Source: a virus
Reading direction: 5' to 3' (one strand)
Length of the DNA: 64,000 nt
IMG/VR virus record: IMGVR_UViG_3300036398_003294
Span: 1-64,000 of that record
In this document: positions 32,049-39,892 of the stretch, one piece after another
Layout: every line of letters begins with the position of its first letter
How positions within the stretch are numbered: the stretch's first letter is position 1
Position numbers and translations under genes: made by a program
Notes under the pieces: generated by a model
The model's database searches: none
What the model was told of the DNA's origin: nothing
What the model saw: only the letters and a program-made list of their open reading frames with translations

Positions 32049-32399
32049 ATGGAAAACTTAGATCAAGTTATTCAAAATCTTAATGACAAAAATTGGAATG
32101 AAGAAGAATGTTGCATTGATGGTGCAGAAGTTCTTTGCAATATGTTAAATAGTTTTGATGATCTTCAAGTAAAATTTAAACTCAAAGCAAAGAGTTTTAC
32201 TAGAGAAGAAAATAGAATTTATTTTGGTAGAAACTTGAAATTTCAAATTGTCATCCTTGAAGACAAAATGGCATATGTTGCAAGAAATGATGGTTGGTTT
32301 GGACATGATTCTGAATCAGGACATCCATACTCATGGCATAAACTAGTGACTAAACCTGAATGGTTGAAGAAAGTGATTTTACATTATATCAATCAATAA
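32049..32399 (+). CDS. Small hypothetical protein (motif-headed cassette)
   Basis: 116 aa, RBS AAGGA. Confidence 0.75.
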   Translation: MENLDQVIQNLNDKNWNEEECCIDGAEVLCNMLNSFDDLQVKFKLKAKSFTREENRIYFGRNLKFQIVILEDKMAYVARNDGWFGHDSESGHPYSWHKLVTKPEWLKKVILHYINQ

Positions 32400-32449
32400 T
32401 TATTTAATTGACTGATCCTTTGTATATCTCAACATAAAGGATCATTTAA

Positions 32450-33184
32450 ATGAAGTATTCATATATTAGTAAATATGCTAGTCCAACTTCGATTGTGAAA
32501 TTAGCTTTTGGCAATCTCTTTAATTTAATTCCTATCGATAAAGAAAAGATTGTAGCAGATGCTTTGATAACAGCTTTAGCAGATGCCATTTTGAATTTAA
32601 AAGTGTATGCTACTAAATCACTCACACCATTAGAAAAGATTTTAGGTGAAGCGATTTTGACTAAACCAAGTTTTGCAAATTCTAAAGAAATCAAAGTGGA
32701 TGATGTAATTGTAGGATTTAGAATGTTCTTTCAAGGTAATATCTTACATACCGACATGGCTAAAAAGTTATTAAAGGCAGTCAAGAATTATGGCAACCAA
32801 ACGGATCTTTTAAATGCTATTAAATCTGACTTGTCTACTGATGCTGGTAAAACACAATTGATGAAAGAAATTCAAAGTCAAATTAAAGGCTTTGAAGATG
32901 GTGAAGAGGATGACAGTTGGGATGATAGTGAGGAAGGATTTTTTGAAGATGAACAAATCGAAGATTTTATTGATAAGGTATTTCAAGAAAATATTAATTT
33001 GGCAAAAGAGAATGTTGGACAAATTCCGGGCATTGGTGTGATTGTGATTGACGAACAAAATCTAGCTGAAACAGAATTAGAAAAGATTGTGATGTCTTTT
33101 GAAGTGAATCGCTTAAATGTAGGCATTGAGATGAGTTGCGAATATAAAATCAAAGCACATAGATATATTGACGAAGAAATGTAG
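32450..33184 (+). CDS. Acidic hypothetical protein
   Basis: 244 aa, RBS AAGGA inside a hairpin; D/E-rich centre. Confidence 0.7.
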   Translation: MKYSYISKYASPTSIVKLAFGNLFNLIPIDKEKIVADALITALADAILNLKVYATKSLTPLEKILGEAILTKPSFANSKEIKVDDVIVGFRMFFQGNILHTDMAKKLLKAVKNYGNQTDLLNAIKSDLSTDAGKTQLMKEIQSQIKGFEDGEEDDSWDDSEEGFFEDEQIEDFIDKVFQENINLAKENVGQIPGIGVIVIDEQNLAETELEKIVMSFEVNRLNVGIEMSCEYKIKAHRYIDEEM

Positions 33185-33230
33185 CAAAATAATATAATAT
33201 GATTGAACTCTTTTTATTAAAAGGACAATC

Positions 33231-35831
33231 ATGTTTTCAGATTTCTTTGAATCACTACAAAGACCAGATGTTAAACCTAAAAAATGGATGAGAGAAGTAG
33301 ATCTCATTTTAGGTACAAAAGATAATATTAAACAAGCTATTGATGAGTGTTTAGCATCTAGTCATTATGGCATAGACTTAGAAACAACAGGTTTAGATAA
33401 TCGTGTTTTTCATGGTAGAACAAGAGCATCTATTGTAGGTATTTCTATTGCACCTAATGAAAAGAAAGCATATTATTTTCCTATTAGACATAGTGCAGGT
33501 ACAGAACATAATGTTTCATGGTCAATTATAGATAGAGAATTTAGTCGCTTGCTCAGTGTAAATGCTACAGCTATTCCTGTGTTTCATAATGGTGCTTTCG
33601 ATCAAGAGTTTTTAGAATATAATGGAGAAACTCTTTTAGGTAAAGAACGATTTGAAAATCCAAAGTTATGGGAAGATAACTATATTATGGCTTGTCTTAT
33701 GAATAGTCGTGATAAAGGTGGTCGTGGTCTTAAAGATATGTCTAAAGATAAATTAGGTTGGGAAATGATCGAACTTGATGAACTCATTCCTAAATCTAAA
33801 ATTAAAGATTATTCTACTCTTGATCCATCTTGGGAAGCCTGTGTTTGGTATGCAGGTGCAGATGCTTTATGTACTCTTAAACTCTATAATATCTTAAAAG
33901 ACTTGTTTCCTAAAGAAATGATTAGTCTTTATATGATCGAAAAGAAATGCAATACTTCAGTTAGGTGGATGCACAGAAACAGAGTTTATATTGATCAAAA
34001 GAAAACACAAGAGTTTATTAAGATTGGTCAAAAGGAATGGATGGATAGTCTTATTGAAGTGTATGAAGGTGCAAAGGAATTACTTGGTAGAGATGTCATG
34101 CCTGCATACATTAAAATTATGAAAGGTGATCTAAAAGGTGTCAATAAGTTTAACACGGATAATACAGACAGCTTTAAAGATTGCATAGACGAGGCAAGAA
34201 AAGAAGCTGATCGTATGTATCCACATTTAGATATGGCAGGTGAAGATTTTGTAGCTAGAAAAATGGTAGCATCTTTGACTAATCCAAAACAAAAAGAAGA
34301 AGTAGTCTTTGAATATAAATATGATATTTTATCATCTCAACAATTAGGCATGATGTTTAGAGAATTAGAAGTACCTAATTTACAAACTACAGCAAGTGGA
34401 CAAGTCGCAACAGGTGCAGATGTTTTAGATGAAGTGATTGAAGAGGCATCGGATACTTTTCCATTTGTAAGAAAGATTAAAAGATTAAGAGAACTAGCTA
34501 AAGCACTTGGTCAATATCTTATACCTATGAAAGAGGATGTTGCAGATGATGGTACATTAAAACCAAAATTTAATCAGTTTGGAGCAGATACAGGTCGTTT
34601 TAGTTGTGGTACAACAAGTAAGCCATGGGAGACAAAAGATGGTGGTTGTAGAGTACCTTTTCAAGGCATACCATCAGGATATGATCCAAAAAGACCAATG
34701 ATTACTTCAAGGTTAAGAGAATGTATAGCAGTAAGAAATCCTGATCATTATTTAGTGGCAATTGACTATGCAGGTGTTGAATTAAGAATTGTAACAAATA
34801 TTAGTCAAGAGCCTTTATGGATTGAAGAATTTTTTAGATGTTCATCATGCAATCGTAAATACACTAAAGAAAGAGGTGAAGATGGATTTCCTATCGTACC
34901 ACCAGCTATTTGTATTTGTGGATCAGATAAGATAGGTGATTTGCATACATTGACAGCAGTTGCTTTTTATGGCGAAGAGGCAAAGAAAAGACCTGATTGG
35001 AAAGCATTAAGAGGCAATGCAAAAGGTGTAAACTTTGCATTATGTTATGGTGGTACAGGTAAAGCAGTGGTTAGAACGATTAACTGTACACAAGAAGAAG
35101 GTGATGAGAAATACCAAACCTTTACAAAGACATATAAAGGTTTAACAAAGTGGTGGAAAAAGGAAGTGGATTTTGCCAAAGAGAATGGATATGTATTAAC
35201 AGCATTTGGTCGAAGAATGTTGATGCCTGATATTAAATCTAAAGAGTTTTCTTTGAGATCAAAGGATGAACGAAAGGCAGTAAATTCACCTGTGCAAGGT
35301 ACAAGTGCAGATATTACTAAGATTGCAATGAGTTTAATTTATGAGAATGTTAAAAAGAGAAATTGGTTTGACAAGCTAATGATGATTTTAACAGTGCATG
35401 ATGAAATTGTATTTGAAATCCATAAAGATATCATAGGCGAGGCAATACCATTGTTATGTGATATTATGGTAAGGAATAAAGCATTGCAAAATAAGAATTG
35501 GATTGTGCCTTTAACAGTGGATGTAGAAATAGGTAAAGATTGGTCTGTGCCTTATGATTTGAAAGAGTTAAGAGAAGGCAAAGGAGAAGATGAATTTTTA
35601 GTGAATGCTTTTAAAGTGGATCATAGTGGACAGCCAAAGCCAAAGGTATTAAATGAAACTACCTTAAGCACAGAGCAAGAAGAAAAAACAAAGCATTATG
35701 AGATTTACGAATTGAATGAGTTATCGTATAGTGAGGCAGATCGATTATCTGAATGGATTAAGTTAAATACAGGTAAAGACATTAAGATTATGTATCAAGG
35801 TAGAGATGTATCTATCTTATTAAAGGATTAA
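33231..35831 (+). CDS. polA: Family A DNA polymerase with 3'-5' exonuclease, no 5'-3' exonuclease
   Basis: ExoI DLETTG, ExoII HNGAFD, ExoIII YAGAD; TGRFS; motif A DYAGVELR; motif B RGNAKGVNFALCYG; NSPVQGTSAD; motif C VHDE. Confidence 0.95.
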   Translation: MFSDFFESLQRPDVKPKKWMREVDLILGTKDNIKQAIDECLASSHYGIDLETTGLDNRVFHGRTRASIVGISIAPNEKKAYYFPIRHSAGTEHNVSWSIIDREFSRLLSVNATAIPVFHNGAFDQEFLEYNGETLLGKERFENPKLWEDNYIMACLMNSRDKGGRGLKDMSKDKLGWEMIELDELIPKSKIKDYSTLDPSWEACVWYAGADALCTLKLYNILKDLFPKEMISLYMIEKKCNTSVRWMHRNRVYIDQKKTQEFIKIGQKEWMDSLIEVYEGAKELLGRDVMPAYIKIMKGDLKGVNKFNTDNTDSFKDCIDEARKEADRMYPHLDMAGEDFVARKMVASLTNPKQKEEVVFEYKYDILSSQQLGMMFRELEVPNLQTTASGQVATGADVLDEVIEEASDTFPFVRKIKRLRELAKALGQYLIPMKEDVADDGTLKPKFNQFGADTGRFSCGTTSKPWETKDGGCRVPFQGIPSGYDPKRPMITSRLRECIAVRNPDHYLVAIDYAGVELRIVTNISQEPLWIEEFFRCSSCNRKYTKERGEDGFPIVPPAICICGSDKIGDLHTLTAVAFYGEEAKKRPDWKALRGNAKGVNFALCYGGTGKAVVRTINCTQEEGDEKYQTFTKTYKGLTKWWKKEVDFAKENGYVLTAFGRRMLMPDIKSKEFSLRSKDERKAVNSPVQGTSADITKIAMSLIYENVKKRNWFDKLMMILTVHDEIVFEIHKDIIGEAIPLLCDIMVRNKALQNKNWIVPLTVDVEIGKDWSVPYDLKELREGKGEDEFLVNAFKVDHSGQPKPKVLNETTLSTEQEEKTKHYEIYELNELSYSEADRLSEWIKLNTGKDIKIMYQGRDVSILLKD

Positions 35832-35838
35832 ATTAAAA

Positions 35839-36063
35839 ATGATCTGTTGGTTTGAAAATCATAGCAATACCATACAATACAATCCCACTCATGTATTTTT
35901 GTCGTCTTCAATATCTAATAACAAGCATGGTTTTCCTATATTAAATAAAGAGAGTTTTAGAAATTCAGTATCTCTTTTTTTAAGTAGGTCAAATACAAAT
36001 AGCAATTGGATAATCCAGCCTAATGTGTACTTAAAACCAAGTAAAGGAAATAAGTTAAAATGA
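35839..36063 (+). CDS. Array member 1, methyltransferase TRD-like module
   Basis: MICWFENHSN...SFRNSVSLFLSR...NWI...YLKP. Confidence 0.85.
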   Translation: MICWFENHSNTIQYNPTHVFLSSSISNNKHGFPILNKESFRNSVSLFLSRSNTNSNWIIQPNVYLKPSKGNKLK

Positions 36064-36287
36064 TTTTTAGTTTTGAGATGTCGGCAAATGAAGTGAAAAG
36101 AAATACAAGATTTGTGTTAATCACATCAAGTTCTTTTGGTAATACAGGAGTTCCTATTCAAGAAAACAATTTTAGAGATGCCTTAGCTTTCTATATTGTT
36201 AGGACAGGTGGTCTTATGGATTCAAGAAAATATGAGAATTGGCATCGTGCTAATGATATGTATTTTAAACCTAATGGGGATAAATAA
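36060..36287 (+). CDS. Array member 2 (divergent)
   Basis: MIFSFE...NNFRDALAFYIVR...NW...DMYFKP; ATGA overlap. Confidence 0.85.
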   Translation: MIFSFEMSANEVKRNTRFVLITSSSFGNTGVPIQENNFRDALAFYIVRTGGLMDSRKYENWHRANDMYFKPNGDK

Positions 36288-36290
36288 AAA

Positions 36291-36518
36291 ATGATCTGTT
36301 GGTTTGAAAATTCAAATAATGACATCACTTCTATTGATTCTCATGTTTTCTTTTTATCTTGTGTATCAAGTAGGCATTCAGGATATTATATAGATGAGAA
36401 AAACTTTAGGCAGAATATATCTATATATATAGCAAGAGGAAGGGATGTTATAAATAGAACATGGGTGAATAATTGTGATCGGTATTATGCACCACATCTT
36501 AATAAGGAGGGTAAGTAA
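36291..36518 (+). CDS. Array member 3
   Basis: MICWFENSNN...NFRQNISIYIAR...TW...DRYYAP. Confidence 0.85.
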   Translation: MICWFENSNNDITSIDSHVFFLSCVSSRHSGYYIDEKNFRQNISIYIARGRDVINRTWVNNCDRYYAPHLNKEGK

Positions 36519-36520
36519 AA

Positions 36521-36739
36521 ATGATCTGTTGGTTTCACTCACATGGCAATTTAGTTCGATATAATAAAGAGATCGTGTTTCTGATAAACAATTATCAAGG
36601 AGCAGGTTTCCATATACATAAGGGAGATTCATTTAGAAGATCAATCGCTTTATTTAACACAAGAGCCTTAGTACAGCCTAACGGAAAAAATTGGTATATG
36701 GATTGTGATGTTCATTTAGCACCAAATGGAGATAAGTAA
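36521..36739 (+). CDS. Array member 4
   Basis: MICWFHSHGN...SFRRSIALFNTR...NW...DVHLAP. Confidence 0.85.
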   Translation: MICWFHSHGNLVRYNKEIVFLINNYQGAGFHIHKGDSFRRSIALFNTRALVQPNGKNWYMDCDVHLAPNGDK

Positions 36740-36741
36740 AA

Positions 36742-36966
36742 ATGATATGTTGGTTTGAAAATGATAGTAATAATGTAATGTCAAATACAAATTTTGTATT
36801 TCTAATGAGTTCGATCTCAAGTCGTCATTCAGGTATGTATTTACAAGAAGAAAATTTTAGATTAGGAATAGCTTTATACATAGCTAGAGATAGAAAACTC
36901 ATTAAACCAAATTGGAAGTATGATATTGATCCGTATTTTAAGCCAAATGGAGATAAGTTAAAATGA
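36742..36966 (+). CDS. Array member 5
   Basis: MICWFENDSN...NFRLGIALYIAR...NW...DPYFKP. Confidence 0.85.
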   Translation: MICWFENDSNNVMSNTNFVFLMSSISSRHSGMYLQEENFRLGIALYIARDRKLIKPNWKYDIDPYFKPNGDKLK

Positions 36967-37181
36967 TTTGTTGGTTTGAGAATGATAGTAATGATGTTCG
37001 CTCAATAGATAACTATGTTTTTCTATTAGGTTCTATATCTAGTCGTAAAACAGGATTCCATTTACACAACCAAAATTTTCGTTTAGGTATGGCATTATAC
37101 CTAGCAAGAGGAAGGGATGTTATAAATAAGACATGGATAAATCAATCTGATGCCTATTTAGCACCAAAGGATAAAAAATGA
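36963..37181 (+). CDS. Array member 6
   Basis: MICWFENDSN...NFRLGMALYLAR...TWINQSDAYLAP. Confidence 0.85.
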   Translation: MICWFENDSNDVRSIDNYVFLLGSISSRKTGFHLHNQNFRLGMALYLARGRDVINKTWINQSDAYLAPKDKK

Positions 37182-37402
37182 TTTGTTGGTTTGTCAATAA
37201 AGGTAATGCACCTGAAGCTAATGAACATAATGTTTTTTTATTGTCTAGTGTATCGCCCAAAAGAGTAGGTGAGATGGTAGATGAAAGAAACTTTAGAAGG
37301 TTTGTAGCTTTATCTACAGCAAAGGGTAGAGAAGTCGTAGGTCGAGGTGAGTGGATTTTAAACCATAATTTATATTTAGCACCTAAGAAAGGATTAAGAT
37401 AA
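37178..37402 (+). CDS. Array member 7
   Basis: MICWFVNKGN...NFRRFVALSTAK...EWI...LYLAP. Confidence 0.85.
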   Translation: MICWFVNKGNAPEANEHNVFLLSSVSPKRVGEMVDERNFRRFVALSTAKGREVVGRGEWILNHNLYLAPKKGLR

Positions 37403-37403
37403 A

Positions 37404-37622
37404 ATGCTATATTGGTTTCATCATGGTGGAAATAGATTTCAATATAATGAAAAGCTATGTCACTATATCAACAATTATGAGGGAGCTGGTCTTGTGATCA
37501 CAAAAGAAAACTTCAGAAGATGTATGGCATTGTCGATTGCAAGAGCAAGAGAAATCGTAGGCAGGAATAATTGGATAGTGGACTCTGATTTATATATTTC
37601 ACCAAAGGATAAGATAAAATGA
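37404..37622 (+). CDS. Array member 8
   Basis: MLYWFHHGGN...NFRRCMALSIAR...NWIVDSDLYISP. Confidence 0.85.
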   Translation: MLYWFHHGGNRFQYNEKLCHYINNYEGAGLVITKENFRRCMALSIARAREIVGRNNWIVDSDLYISPKDKIK

Positions 37623-37849
37623 TCTGTTGGTTTGAGAATGTAGGCAGTTGCACTACAACAAATAGAGTAGTTTGTTATATGGTATCTTATCCGTCACCTA
37701 GTGGAAATGGTATTTGTATCTATGCAGGCTCAAACTTTAGAGAATTTATTTCTTTTTCTGTTTGTAAAAGTGATTATCTCATTCCACAATCAAATTGGCT
37801 TACACATAGTAATAGATACCTAGCACCTAAGAAAGATAAGTTAAAATGA
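37619..37849 (+). CDS. Array member 9
   Basis: MICWFENVGS...NFREFISFSVCK...NWL...RYLAP. Confidence 0.85.
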   Translation: MICWFENVGSCTTTNRVVCYMVSYPSPSGNGICIYAGSNFREFISFSVCKSDYLIPQSNWLTHSNRYLAPKKDKLK

Positions 37850-38058
37850 TCTGTTGGCTTAATAATAATAGTAATGATGTTTTTCAGAATACAATGACTG
37901 TGTTTTTAATATCCTCATTTGCAAGTAAGGCACATGGACTTTATGTACATAAAGAAAATTTTAGAAATTCGATATCTCTTTTTTTAAGTAGATCTAATAC
38001 AAATAGCAATTGGATAAATCAATCAGATGCCTATCTAGCACCTAAGAAAGATAAATAA
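37846..38058 (+). CDS. Array member 10
   Basis: MICWLNNNSN...NFRNSISLFLSR...NWINQSDAYLAP. Confidence 0.85.
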   Translation: MICWLNNNSNDVFQNTMTVFLISSFASKAHGLYVHKENFRNSISLFLSRSNTNSNWINQSDAYLAPKKDK

Positions 38059-38060
38059 AA

Positions 38061-38276
38061 ATGATCTGTTGGTTTGAAAACCTAAACAACACTGTGCAAA
38101 CGATTCAATTTCAAGTTTATTTTATGTCTTCTAAATCATCACAAGCACATGGATATTATTTGGATGAAAAAAGTTTTAGACAAAATATATCTATCTATAT
38201 AGCAAGAGGAAGAGATGTTATATTTACTACATGGATAAACCAATCAGATGTGTATTTAGCACCTAAGAAAGGATAA
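38061..38276 (+). CDS. Array member 11
   Basis: MICWFENLNN...SFRQNISIYIAR...TWINQSDVYLAP. Confidence 0.85.
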   Translation: MICWFENLNNTVQTIQFQVYFMSSKSSQAHGYYLDEKSFRQNISIYIARGRDVIFTTWINQSDVYLAPKKG

Positions 38277-38283
38277 AGTTAAA

Positions 38284-38787
38284 ATGAAAGATTTATTATT
38301 TGAATGCAATGATCAAGGCATGACAGAAAAAGAATTTACTGAAATGTTTTGTAAGGTATGCAAAAATAGAAAATGTGCAAGAGCAAGTTGGGCATTTTCT
38401 TCATGGGATGAAAGAATTAATACTCAATATGATAGATTTTTTCATACACCTACTATAAAGCAATCTGAAGCCTCTCAATATAAAGGCATCAGTGATTTTG
38501 AAGAATACCATATCAATCCTGTAGTCGATATATGGACACCTGCAAGTTTAGATTTTAGTAAATCACAACCTAAACATTATAAGATAGAACAAGATATTTC
38601 TCAATCATCCATTGAGAAACCTATCTTATCACAGCATGATGAAATAAACACACCTGTGCAAAACCTATATTTTATAGGTGACAGTAAACAACAAGTACAA
38701 CCACAACAACAAACCATTCAACAAGACGAATGGTCTTTGCCACCTAAAACTTTAAAAGTTGGTGGCAAGTTTCAAATGGGAAAATAA
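38284..38787 (+). CDS. Hypothetical protein with N-terminal Cys cluster
   Basis: EC...FCKVCKNRKC; RBS AAGGA; same operon as polA and the array. Confidence 0.75.
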   Translation: MKDLLFECNDQGMTEKEFTEMFCKVCKNRKCARASWAFSSWDERINTQYDRFFHTPTIKQSEASQYKGISDFEEYHINPVVDIWTPASLDFSKSQPKHYKIEQDISQSSIEKPILSQHDEINTPVQNLYFIGDSKQQVQPQQQTIQQDEWSLPPKTLKVGGKFQMGK

Positions 38788-38789
38788 AA

Positions 38790-39002
38790 ATGTTAAACTC
38801 AACAATCATTCAAGCTATTAATGATGGCTATCAAGTCGTTTTACCAGCTACAGTAAAAAGAGATTTAAAGATCGAGTTAAAGTATTATAACTTGGTTATC
38901 TGTACAAAAGAAGAAGTGAAAAACAAAGAAAAGTTAATTTTCTTGAAATGGGAAGATGCTAATGAACTTGAAAGATTATCTTGGAAACAATTTTTACTTT
39001 AA
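38790..39002 (+). CDS. Hypothetical protein
   Basis: 70 aa, tightly packed in operon. Confidence 0.6.
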   Translation: MLNSTIIQAINDGYQVVLPATVKRDLKIELKYYNLVICTKEEVKNKEKLIFLKWEDANELERLSWKQFLL

Positions 39003-39330
39003 GCGATGGATTGATCCTGTGTTGGTCTTGCCACCTGATCTCATACCTAAAGTAAATAAGAAACAAAAAAGAGCAATGAAAGAGGCAGAGGCATGGGTCT
39101 TAAAATATGGCAGTACAATTTTATATCTTAAAGGACTAATCCGAAAAGATGAATTTGTATATATGGAAGAAAATCATGTTTTTGTGAACACGATTATTAA
39201 ACCTACAATGCAAGAATTGATAGACATAGCTAAGATCTGTGGTGAAGAACAATTTCAGACAGTGATAAAAATGACATCACATAAAAAAATTGTTGAGTAC
39301 CTGCGACAATATTATTGTATAATTAAATAA
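38956..39330 (+). CDS. Hypothetical protein
   Basis: 124 aa; start may be a few codons downstream. Confidence 0.6.
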   Translation: MLMNLKDYLGNNFYFKRWIDPVLVLPPDLIPKVNKKQKRAMKEAEAWVLKYGSTILYLKGLIRKDEFVYMEENHVFVNTIIKPTMQELIDIAKICGEEQFQTVIKMTSHKKIVEYLRQYYCIIK

Positions 39331-39354
39331 ACTCAAACCAAAGGATATGTTCAA

Positions 39355-39618
39355 ATGACAGTATCAGAAAAATTAGCACAAGCGATTGCACAATTACAAG
39401 CAGTAGTTTCCGATGTTGAATCTGCTGAAAAAGGTAAGCTCAAACCAAGTGTACGAGCAAGAAAAGAACTTTTAACAGTTTCTAAATCTTTAAATGGTTT
39501 AAGAAAAGAATTGTTGGAAGTAGCTAAAGCAGAAAAAGAAAAGAGAAAAGCTGAAAAGGAAGCCAATCCTAAAAAGAAATATGCAACAGGCTTTGCGATT
39601 AAGAAAGCTAAAGCCTAA
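39355..39618 (+). CDS. Histone H1-like (Hc1 family) DNA-binding protein
   Basis: D.E.AEKG....VRARKELL.V.K.L..LRK core plus Lys/Ala-rich tail. Confidence 0.7.
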   Translation: MTVSEKLAQAIAQLQAVVSDVESAEKGKLKPSVRARKELLTVSKSLNGLRKELLEVAKAEKEKRKAEKEANPKKKYATGFAIKKAKA

Positions 39619-39667
39619 TCATTAAATATCTTTATCTTAAGTATCTCTTAAGATAAGGATATACATA

Positions 39668-39892
39668 ATGTTAATAGTATGGATAGCTTTATGCACTCTC
39701 CCTATGTATGTAGGGATTACTCTTAAAGTAAGCATCATACTATTAGACAGCGAGTTGGCAATACAGGATAAGGTAGTTTGGTATGTAAAAATATTAGGCT
39801 ACCTTTTTTTATTTTGGTATGTAGAGATACTAGATTATATGATTGATAAAGATTTATGGACGATCAAATGGTATTTAAAATTTAAGACTTAG
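39668..39892 (+). CDS. Small membrane protein
   Basis: 74 aa, two hydrophobic stretches, RBS AAGGA inside a hairpin. Confidence 0.55.
   Translation: MLIVWIALCTLPMYVGITLKVSIILLDSELAIQDKVVWYVKILGYLFLFWYVEILDYMIDKDLWTIKWYLKFKT

Larger units (their letters stand above)
35839..38276 (+). repeat. Tandem array of 11 paralogous 70-76 aa ORFs (~220-bp period)
   Basis: Consensus MICWFEN..N.V..N...VF..SS....G..I..ENFR....L..AR.......W....D.YLAP; junction repeat approximately GATAAGTTAAAATGATCTGTTGGTTTGA. Confidence 0.95.

Noticed and set aside
34837-34945. Intein or intron in the DNA polymerase
   Set aside because: Insert is only about 35 aa, lacks the His-Asn/Cys-Ser-Thr splice junction, and the frame is continuous
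35839-38276. CRISPR array
   Set aside because: Period is about 220 bp, units are homologous intact ORFs with RBSs, junction repeats are degenerate, and no cas genes are present
35839-38276. Diversity-generating retroelement
   Set aside because: No reverse transcriptase in the window; differences are not restricted to adenines and include indels
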